A stretch of 64,000 nt of DNA from the human T2T-CHM13v2.0 reference genome, Homo sapiens: assembly GCF_009914755.1 (NCBI RefSeq), contig NC_060934.1. One strand, 5' to 3'. Below, piece after piece: positions 1 to 11,649 of this stretch. Made by a program: the position numbers and the translations under genes. The notes under the pieces are model-generated. The model did no database searches. It had not been told where the DNA came from and saw nothing but the letters and a program-made list of their open reading frames with translations. The stretch's first letter is position 1. Every line of letters begins with the position of its first letter.

Positions 1-462
1 AAATGTGTTTTCTGATCCTATTAAAAAGGTAAAATAGTTTTTCTCTATTAATAGTTAATTAAAAATATTTTCAAATGTTAAATTTTCGTTGCATTTCTTT
101 CTTTTTATTTTCTTGGATTTAATTTCTTAATTTTTATTTGTTTGGGCCTTTGCATTTAGAGACATGAATAAAATGAGCATGTAATTTTCCTCTCAAAAAA
201 TAAGAAAAAATTAAAATGTTCCTTGCATACTAAAGTATAAACAAAAATGAAATAAATGAAATTGAAAAATAAAATGTTCCTTAGGATTTTCTTAGAAAAA
301 AAATCTTCCTACAAAATCAACAAACCTTAGAACTAAGAAAAACAAATGAGAAAAATACACAAAGAAATAAAATCAGAAGTGAAAGAGGAGAAACTCCAAC
401 TCATGCCATAGAAATGTGAAGAATCCCTATAGAATCCCTATGAATAATTATATGTCAACAAA

Positions 463-763
463 GCCAGGTGTGGTGGTGCATGCCTGAAATCCCAGCACTT
501 TTGGAGGCCGAGGCCAGTGGATCACTTGAGGTCAAGAGTTCAAGACCATCCTGGCCAACATGGTGAAACCCCGTCTTTACAAAAATACAAAAATTAGCCG
601 GGTGTGATGGCAGATGCCTGTAATCTCAGCTACTCAGCAGGCTGAGGCAGGAGAATCCCTTGAACTCAGCAGGCGGGGGTTGCAGGGAGCCAAGATCATG
701 CCACTGCACTCCAGCCTGGGTGACAAGAGCAAAACTCCATCTCAAAAAAAAAGAAAGGAAAAA
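463..763 (+). mobile_element. AluS
   Basis: Dimeric Alu; TSD aattatatgtcaacaaa. Confidence 0.93.
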
Positions 764-1484
764 AATTATATGTCAACAAAATAGACAACTTAGAAAAAAT
801 GGATAAAGTCCTAAAAACATACAACCTACCAAGACTGAATCATAAAGAATTAAAAAGTCAGAACATACCAATAACTAACAAAGAGATTAAATTAGTAATC
901 AAAAACCTTCCAACAAAGAAAAGCCCAGCACCAAATGCCTTCACAGATGCATTCTACCAGAATGAGGGACAAAGATGACATGATAATCTCAAAAGACACA
1001 GCAAAAGCATTCCACAAGATTCAACACCTTTTGATGATAAAAATTCTCAAGAAATTGGGTAGAGAAGGAACTTACCTCAACACAATAAAGGCCATATATA
1101 AAAAGCACATAGCTAACTAACATCATACTCAATGGTCAAAAACTGAAAGCTTTTCTCTCATATCTGGAACAAGGAAATGATACACATTCTCACCACTTCT
1201 ATCCAACATAGTATTATAATTCCTAGCCAGAGTAAGTAGAAAATAAAAGGAAAAAAGAAGTATTCAAATCAGAAAGGAAGAAGTAAGATTATCTCTGTTT
1301 GCAGATTACATGATCTTATAGATGTGCAGAAAATTATATTTCTACATATGGTATAAAGAAAAGTCTAAAGATTAACCAAAAAAATTAGGATAAACAAATT
1401 TAACAAAGTTTCAGGATACGAGATCAATACACAAAAATCAGTTGTGTTTCTATACACTACAATAAATTATCAAAAAGGAAATTA

Positions 1485-1802
<318 letters not shown>

Positions 1803-2298
1803 TCATAGATCTGGAAAGTGAATTGGTGGTTGCCAGGAGCTGGTGGAGAGGAGAAAACAGGAAGGTATCCACCAAGGGGTACAAAATTTCAGCTACACAG
1901 ACAGTAACTACTAGAGATCTACTGTACAGCATAATGCCAACAGTTAACAACACTGTATTACATACTTAAAATCTTGCTAAGGAGATATATTAAGTGTTCT
2001 TATTACCAAAATAATAATAATAATAAGAGGGTGGGAGGAAACTTTTGAAGGTGATGAATAGGTTTATGGCATAGATTGTGGTGACAGTTCCATGGGTGTT
2101 TACTTATCTTCAAACTCATCAAGTTGTATACATTAAATATGTATAGCTTTTTGCATGTCAACTATACCTCATTAGAGGGTTTATTTTTTTAATTCAGGTG
2201 AGAAAGGAGAAGAGGACCCACACAAAGGGGGAAGATGAAAGAGATATTTTTTAATTTGTCAAATGAAGTATAACTTCATTCCTTACACTCCCTATCCA

Positions 2299-2315
2299 AA
2301 ACACGCACACATACA

Positions 2316-2348
<33 letters not shown>
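2299..2348. repeat. (CA)n microsatellite
   Basis: Direct observation. Confidence 0.95.
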
Positions 2349-2350
<2 letters not shown>

Positions 2351-3584
2351 CCCACAAAGAAAAACAGGCCCAAATGGCTTTGCGGTGAATTCTATCTAAC
2401 ATTTAAGGAAGCATTAACATTAATCCTTCACAAACTCTCCCCAAAAACATATAACACCAGGATTTTGGAGGCTGTGTCTCAAAATGGGGTCATAGTATGA
2501 GCCAGGATCATCCTGATACCAAAACCAAAGACATCACAAGAAAAGAAAACCATAAATTAATATTTCTGATTACTATAGGTGCCAAAAAAACTCAACAAAA
2601 TACCAGCCAACCTAACAAGGAACATATAAATGGATTATATACCATAACCAAGTGGAATTATTCCAGAAATACAAAGTTGGTTCAAACTATAAAAACCAAT
2701 TAATATACCATAAAACAAAGTACACAAATCACATGATCATCTCAACAGACACAGAAAAATCATTGACAAAATCTAACACCAACACCTATTTATGGTAACA
2801 ACCCTCAACAAACTAGCAATGAAAGGGAACTTTCTCAACCTGACAAAGGGCATACAGAAACCCCATAGCTCACATCAGACTCAACAGTAAAAAACTGAAA
2901 GTGCTCCCACTGAGATCAGGACTTATGAGAATATTCACTCTTCATAGAGGTTCTATCCAGAGCAATCAGGCAAGAAAAAGAAATAGCATCCCAATTGGAA
3001 AAGAAGAAGTAAAACTATCTCTATTCAACATGACATGACCATGTATATAGAAAATCCTAAGGAATACACACACACTATTAGAGCTAAAAATTGAGGTCAT
3101 CAAAGTTGCAGGAAATAAGATCAATATACAAAAAATTATTAATAGTATTTCTACATAGTATCAATAAACAATCAAAAAATAAAATTAATAGAACAGTCTC
3201 ATTGAAAATAAAATTTTTTAAATCTCATTTAAAAATGTATTCTCTAGATAATTCATCTAATTTACTAGACTTAGTACTAAATGCCACTTCTTTTCCCAAA
3301 GTCTAAAGTTCGTCATCAAAGTATAAAGATGTATTATCCCTGAAGACCTCTGATCCTTAGGGCTGGTAGTTTCCATAGAAAAGTTTCCAAGTATTCAGCA
3401 AGGATAATAAATTCAAAATGAGTACGCATATTGCTTTCCAAGGTGACAATTTGGAAGGTTGTAGCCCTCAAAATTGAGCTAGCATCTCAGTGTACTTTTT
3501 AACTCCTGTCACATTACTTCATGGTCATGCCTTCCATTTCAGGTCAATAAAGAAGCCACTCGGCTGAAATAAGTCATTATTTTC

Positions 3585-3872
<288 letters not shown>

Positions 3873-4099
3873 TAAACTGTATTTTATTTATTCCTAACCT
3901 GCCCTCTAATTCTTAATAGGAAAAAATAACACCACCTCCTAGACTGTTATAAAACTGCCAAATCTGTTTTTAAATTTTCATGTTCTTTATATTTCTTTTC
4001 TTATACATAAGATGGCTAATTAAGTGTCCTTGTTTGAAAGGCCTTTCTGAGATGCTGGCTTTCTTAAAACTTTGTACTAACCAGGCAATGGAGCCCTTA

Positions 4100-4300
4100 C
4101 CTGTATTGTCTTATTTCATCCTCACAATAAAGCTGTATAATAGGTGCACTTTAAATCTCTGATTTTCTAGATGAGGAAACTGAGGTACAGAGAAGTATCC
4201 AAGAATCTCAGAGTCAGAAGGTGTCAGAGTGGACATGCAAACCCAAATATTTCCAGCTCTGGCACCCTCACACTGACGACTGAACCACACTGCCTCTTAG
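4100..4300 (+). mobile_element. MIR
   Basis: Core gatgaggaaactgagg. Confidence 0.7.
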
Positions 4301-4446
4301 GTTGCCCAGTATCTAAGTACACCAACCAAGCACTTTCCTGGCATCTTAAATGGGGGTAGAAAGGCTTAAGTTTAGATCTTGTGGTGTTTTAGGAAGAGCA
4401 CAAGTGGTTTGTAAGGAAAATTCCTTTAGTGATTATCTAATTTCAG

Positions 4447-4548
4447 ATTGTGGATGAAAACTCAAATCTCCTGCCTCCAGGGGAAGAAGGAAATATTGCA
4501 ATCCGCATAAAACTAAACCAACCTGCTTCTCTGTACTGTCCACACATG
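4447..4548 (+). CDS. ACSM6: ACSM6 penultimate coding exon (102 nt; IVDENSNLLPPGEEGNIAIRIKLNQPASLYCPHM)
   Basis: tttcag|ATT acceptor and ATG|gtaaga donor, phase 0/0; peptide matches the ACSM 'D.G..LPPG.EG.I.IR' exon. Confidence 0.92.
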
Positions 4549-5443
4549 GTAAGAAAATTTTCTTCTTTCCTAAATACTTTCATTGTTGCTACTAATCATA
4601 GTGCCATTATTGTTGAGTACTTTATGATTTGCCAAATACTTTTGTCCCAATTTTTAATTTTGCAAATTTTTGAGTCTCCAAAAATGTTAAATAGTAGCAC
4701 TCACCTACATTCACTTCTTATTAAGATTTTGCCCCATTTACTTCATATTTGCACATTTTTGATGAGACATTTGGGAGTAAATGCAGACATTATGACACTT
4801 TGTCCTTAAATATTTCAGCAGCATCCTCCTAATAAGGACTTTCTTCTTAAACATCAGCACCATCACATCTATGAAAATTAAAAATAATTATTTAATACTA
4901 TCTAATATCTAGCCAATACTTAGACTTTCTCAATTGTACTCAAATGTGTTTTATACCTTTTGTAAATCCAGAATTCAATCAAAGTTCATGCATTTATTTG
5001 GTTCTCATATCTCTTTAGTTGTTTTTATCTATAACTGTTCCACCACCATGTTTTTCGTGACGTGGACATTTTGAAGAATAGAGGACGGTTGTGTTAAAAA
5101 CTGCCTCACTTTCTAGGCTTACATATTGTTTCTTTATAATGAGATCCAGGATAAACATCTTTCTCAAGACTATTATGTAGATGATGTATATTTCTTATTT
5201 GCTTATGGGGGGAAACATTAGGTTGTCTCATTTTGGATGCTGATCATTTTGATCTTTTGATTAAGGAGGTGAGTGCCATTTCCATTGTAAAGGTACATTT
5301 TCCTCTTTGTAATTAGTAATAATCTGCCGTGTAACAATTTGAGACTCTGTAAATATCCTATTCTCCAATTAACTTTCACCCAATCATTTTAGCATCCATA
5401 GATGATTCTTTTCTTTTTGGAAACAATTATTAAAATAAAGAGT

Positions 5444-5751
5444 GGCTGGGCACAGTGGCTCATGCCTGTAATCTCAACACTTTGGGAAGCTAAGATGGAC
5501 AGATCACTTGAGCCCAGGGGTTCAAGACTAGCCTGGGCAACATGGCAAAACTCCATCTCTACAAAAAAAAAATACAAAAATTAGCCAGGCATGGTGGCAT
5601 GCACCTGTAGTCCCAGCTACTCAGGAGGCTGAGGTGGGAGGATAAACTGAGAGCAGGACGTCAAGAGTGTAGTGAGCTGGGTGTGATGGCACCACTGTGC
5701 TCCAGCCTGGGCAACAGAGCAATACCCTGTCTCAAAAACAAATAAATAAAA
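5444..5751 (+). mobile_element. AluJ-like
   Basis: Diverged dimeric Alu. Confidence 0.9.
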
Positions 5752-6113
5752 TGGAGGGTGCAGAACGGTGATTTTCAAACTGCTATTTCTTATACATTAA
5801 TTAGGTGGCATTATTCCATAAAGATGAGCAGTCCATTTTATCTATAAAGAGAGGCTTTCTTTTAACTACTTTTAAAATATTTATTTAGCCTTTCCTGATA
5901 ATAAAACTCACTTGTGTTCAATATAGACAACTTTCAGAAATACAGAAAAGACCAAAGAAGAAAAGCATATTAACTCATAATGCCACCATTCTTAGCCACT
6001 ATTAACATTTGATGTGTATATATCCTTCATTCTTTTTCTATTTATTTGTCTTGTTTTATAAAAGTGGGATTGTACTCTATCAGCTTTTGTGAAGCCTGTT
6101 TTTTTACTTATGA

Positions 6114-6430
<317 letters not shown>

Positions 6431-6901
6431 CTTATATGAAAACATTTTTAATAATTTTATAAAATCTTATCAAGGAGAACTATCATGATCTATTTAACAT
6501 ATCTGCTATTGTTGAAAATTTTGGTTACTTCCAATGTTTTATATTGTAAATACTTCTTCAATGAGTATCCTTGTTAACTCTTTAAATGCCTCTTTGAGTA
6601 TCTCTCGTGGAGTTTTTGAGTTAAAGCCTAGGTAAAACGTTTTAAATATTTTAATAATTTCTGTGAGAGAATAATGCTGAATATTTCCAGACTGATAACA
6701 CAACTTCAATACACTGAGACTTTAAAATCATGTTCTCACCCATAAGACAGATTCCAAAGAAGAGACCCAGATATCTCACATACCTACTGGGATTATTGTG
6801 CTGTTTGAGAATGAGCTGCTTACACAGCTTTTCACTAAAGTTTATTAGAACTCTAACAAGCAGGTTGTCCATTAGATCTAAGAATCTGGACACATTGGTG
6901 A

Positions 6902-7242
<341 letters not shown>

Positions 7243-7797
7243 GAATCTGTGAACACTCCATGGAACGATCCTGCAAAATGGGCCAATCTCATGCAAAGGG
7301 AAATTTTCACCAATCACTCTAATTGTGCTTCTGGTGTAAGAACTTTAGCTGAAGCCACCTTTTTCTGATGGAATTTTGGTCAGGGGCGGTATGAAAATTA
7401 AAGGCACAATTCAAAGACAGGGAACAGTGATTGCATCTGATGGATGATGAGCCTGAGAAAATAGCAGCCAACACTCCTTACACATACTGTACCTGGCCTT
7501 GTGCTAAAATGCTGTGTCCATGTTGCCTCATTTAAGCCTCAGGACAAACCTCTGAGTGAAGTGCCATCATTACTCTTGTTTCTAGCTGGGACAAAAAAAA
7601 AAAGCTGAAGTTAAGAGAAATGACCAAGGAAAGTTCTCCGTGTTTGTTGAGTTTTCTATGTGAGATCCCCTGGAGAGTGGGGATCCTGACTTATTTTTCT
7701 CAGTCTCCCCTGGGGCTAGCCAGAGTGCTCAATTCATATCACTAAATGATTGTGAGAGGGAAGTAAATGTAGGTTTCTGGATTCATCATTCTATCAG

Positions 7798-7938
7798 GTG
7801 AGCTGGGAGGAATATGCTTCAGCAAGAGGCCACATGCTTTACCTCACAGGTGACAGAGGGATCATGGATGAAGACGGCTACTTCTGGTGGTCTGGTAGAG
7901 TTGATGATGTTGCCAATGCATTGGGTCAGAGATTGTGA
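7798..7938 (+). CDS. ACSM6: ACSM6 terminal coding exon ([46 protein letters not shown])
   Basis: ctatcag| acceptor in phase 0; adenylation motif A7 (YLTGDR) and start of A8 (GRVDD); TGA at 7936-7938. Confidence 0.9.
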
Positions 7939-8052
7939 ATGCTTTGGTTATTGCTATTGAGCCTGGGGCTGTGGGAGTTTGAAGAAGACTCTGGACTGCT
8001 TCCAATACGTAGGAATTATATTTCTAAAGTTTAGAAAATGCAAACAACCAAA

Positions 8053-8066
8053 AATAAAAAAATAAA
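8053..8066 (+). terminator. Candidate ACSM6 poly(A) signals (AATAAA x2)
   Basis: AATAAA at 8053-8058 and 8061-8066, about 115 nt after the stop. Confidence 0.6.
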
Positions 8067-8289
8067 ACTCATCCATAATCTCATATTGTGGAGTATATTC
8101 TTCTAATCTTCTTTCTTCTTATACATAAACTTTTTTTTTTGGTAGAATTGAGTTCAGGGAGAAATGCTCTAGCGTAACTTGCCTTTTTCACTCAACAATG
8201 TAACAGAAATATTTTTCTGTGCAATATAAAAATTCATTTTTTAAATTAGTTTATCACGACCAATAAGTACACAGATCTTACATGAATAC

Positions 8290-8690
8290 TGTCAGGCCTC
8301 TGAGCCCAAGCTAAGCCATCATATCCCCTGTGACCTGCACGTACACATCCAGATGGCCGGTTCCTGCCTTAACTAATGACATTCTACCACAAAAGAAGTG
8401 AAAATGGCCTGTTCCTGCCCTAACTGATGACATTATCTTGTGAAATTCCTTTTCCTGGCTCATCCTGGCTCAAAAGCTCCCCTACTGAGCACCTCGTGAC
8501 CCCCATTCCTGCCCGCCAGAGAACCCCCCTTTTTCCTTTACCTACCCAAATCCTATAAAACGGCCCCACCCCTATCTCCCTTCGCTGACTCTCTTTTCGG
8601 ACTCAGCCCGCCTGCACCCAGGTGAAATAAACAGCCTTGTTGCTCATACTAAGCCTGTTTTGTGGTCTCTTCACACGGATGCGAATGAAA
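8290..8690 (+). mobile_element. Solo LTR7 (HERV-H) copy A
   Basis: TGTCAGGCCTCTGAGCCCAAG...GCGAATGAAA; TATAAA at 8554; AATAAA; TSD AATAC/AATAG; sits inside an old L1. Confidence 0.95.
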
Positions 8691-8793
8691 AATAGCCCAA
8701 TGGATGTCTACACACATACACACCCCTGTAACCGTCTAGATCAAGATATAGGATATTTTTAGCCTCCTGGGCTCTCTCATGTCCTCATACCTC

Positions 8794-9217
8794 TGTGAAA
8801 GCTGTACTTCTTTCATGAATTTTGGACGAATTTCTATGCCTAATAACAGTTTCAGAGACTGAGAAAAGGAGACTAAATTCTAAGGAGCAACAAATTCCAA
8901 GGGCAGATGGTGGCAAGTAGATACCATGGGTCATCCTGATTCAGAGCTTGCTGACCACAAAAATCACAGGAATGTTGAGAAATAGAAATCAAGATCTAGG
9001 TTTTATGGACTCATTGCTATTACATGCCACTGCTTCTGGGACGTGAGTCAGCAAACTTGCTTTCTCTCCACTATTCCACTCTGATCCTTGACCCAATTAA
9101 ACAATCCCAACTATATTTTGCTCAGGAAGTCTCTCTCCTTTGAGCACTCCTTGTTGCAGTAGCAGTAAACGAAGTGCTTGCCTCTGCCTCTAACTGCTCT
9201 CAATTTGTACTTTGAGA
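8794..9217 (+). mobile_element. Older solo LTR (LTR47-like)
   Basis: About 424 bp interrupting L1; termini TGTGAAAG...CTTTGAGA (imperfect inverted repeat); flanks acctc/ccctc; family tentative. Confidence 0.45.
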
Positions 9218-9649
9218 CCCTCCTCCACAAGTAGCAATTATTCTGACTTCTAAAGTGCAGGTCAAATCTGCCTGTTCCTGAATTTCATATAAATGGAATC
9301 ATACAGTTTGCACCCTTTTGTGTCTGTCTTCTCACAAAATAATGTCTGGACAATTCATTTATGTTGTTGTATGGATCAACAGTCCATTCTTTTTCATTGC
9401 TATGCAGAATTCCATTGTATGAATACACCCAGAATTTATCCATTCTTATGTTAATGGTGACTGAGGTTGTTTCCAATTTAAGAATGCCTCCTTTGCCCAA
9501 CACCGCTGCACCTGGGAAGTTAGGCATTTTCTCTCACCCTTGGGATTAAGTGTGCGGGTGGTCAAGCAGCAGCGATTTCCAAGCCCCCCTAGCAGCTCTC
9601 ACAGCAGGTGTCACAAAAGAGTTTGCACCACTCCAAACAGTCAAAACGG

Positions 9650-10341
9650 GCCATCCCCCCACCCGACCCCCGCCTTCTCTGGATTTTAAAGACTGTGTAG
9701 GAGGAGAAAATGGGGACGGGGGTCCCCTGGTTAATTCATTTATCTTAAGTTCCCGTAACCAAACTAGCCCCTCAGTTTACGCCTTTGACCCTCAAAGTTC
9801 TTTCCACTTCGTACCGTGAGATCAGAATCCCTGAAAGAAGCTTCTTGCCCTACCCGGCTGACCATCCTTGGGCACTCAGCTGTGCTGGGATGCTGTTGCC
9901 CTATTTCCCGCGTAGAAACAACTGCTGGTGGCGCCGCCGGCTGAAGAGTGCAGAACTGTGGCCCTGAGCCAAGCTGGGGCAAATATGGGAGACGCGGGAT
10001 GGGAGAGAGTGGGGAGAGAGGACGCTATGAGGATTCTTGGAGGGAGGGACCAGAGCAGAGGTGGTGAGTGGCAGGAGGAGGCAAATGTCCCCGCAACCAG
10101 GAAGTTCATCGGGTTGAAGTTTCCTCTGCCGTCGCCTCCTGCTCGCCAGCAGAGCTGAGCCTGGTGTGCTGCCTTTCTGGAAAGCCTGCCACCACCACCC
10201 TCGGCGTGGGATGCCGGCCCGCGAGGAACCTCGGGGACACACAAATGGCCGCACCTGAATCTGGCTGCCATTGTGACTCTGCCGCGCACGCGCAGCTCCA
10301 TCCCCTTTGAGGCGCGCATGTGCTCGCCAAGGGGGCGCTTC
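9650..10341. promoter_or_regulatory. CpG/GC-rich orphan island with promoter-like motifs (continues at 10795-10960 beyond LTR7)
   Basis: Dense CpGs in a CpG-poor region; E2F-like TTTCCCGCG (~9904), ETS CAGGAAGT (~10098), YY1-like CAAATGGCCGC (~10242), NRF1-like GCGCACGCGCA (~10284) and GCGCATGTGC (~10314). Confidence 0.7.
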
Positions 10342-10794
10342 TGTCAGGCCTCTGAGCCCAAGCCAAGCCATCGCATCCCCTGTGACTTGCACGTAAAAGC
10401 CCAGATGGCCTGAAGTAACTGAAGAATCACAAAAGAAGTGAATATGCCCTGCCCCACCTTAACTGATGACATTCCACCACAAAAGAAGTGTAAATGGCCG
10501 GTCCTTGACTTAACTGATGACATTACCTTGTGAAAGTCCTTTTCCTGGCTCATCCTGGCTCAAAAAGCACCCCTACTGAGCACCTTGCGATCCCCACTCC
10601 TGCCCACCAGAGAACCAACCCCCTTTGATTGTAATTTTCCTTTACCTACCCAAATCCTGTAAAATGGCCCCACCCTTATCTCCCTTCGCTGACTCTCTTT
10701 TCGGACTCAGCCCGCCTGCACCCAGGTGAAATAAACAGCCATGTTGCTCACACAAAGCCTGTTTGGTGGTCTCTTCACGTGGACGCGCATGAAA
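10342..10794 (+). mobile_element. Solo LTR7 (HERV-H) copy B
   Basis: Full ~450-bp LTR7; perfect TSD GCTTC at 10337-10341 and 10795-10799. Confidence 0.96.
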
Positions 10795-11024
10795 GCTTCC
10801 TCCAAAAGGAAAGCCAGAGGCACGCAGGCCTAGGTTGCCTCGCCGCCCCCTGCGCCCTTTCCTGCAGACTGGTGCATAGTATTTTTAAAAATATTGCGAG
10901 GACAACGTCTTCTCTGCGAGCCTGGGGAAGAGGCGAAACCACGGGAAGAGTTGAGATGTATCCAGTTAACCAGGTAGAAATTGTACCTCCAGGACTCATC
11001 AAGGCTAAATATAAAAGTTGCGTG

Positions 11025-11520
<496 letters not shown>

Positions 11521-11649
11521 CTTCGTATAAGTTTACACGGAAAAAAATTTTTAGATAAGATGTCTAGGTGCCTTCTTTCCTGCCTGCTTTAAAAAAAAAA
11601 ATCAGCTGGAAGAATTTTTTAATTGTTTTTGTTTTCATAATTGATAATC

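Noticed and set aside
4549-4809. 119-aa ORF extending the ACSM6 exon
   Set aside because: Read-through past a strong GTAAGA donor into intron and old repeat sequence
10322-10341. CTCF-like CGCCAAGGGGGCGC at the LTR7 junction
   Set aside because: Mismatches at the conserved 5' CC positions; not called without ChIP data
8290-10794. A single internally deleted HERV-H provirus
   Set aside because: Each LTR has its own TSD, the LTR structures differ, and the spacer has no PBS or gag sequence
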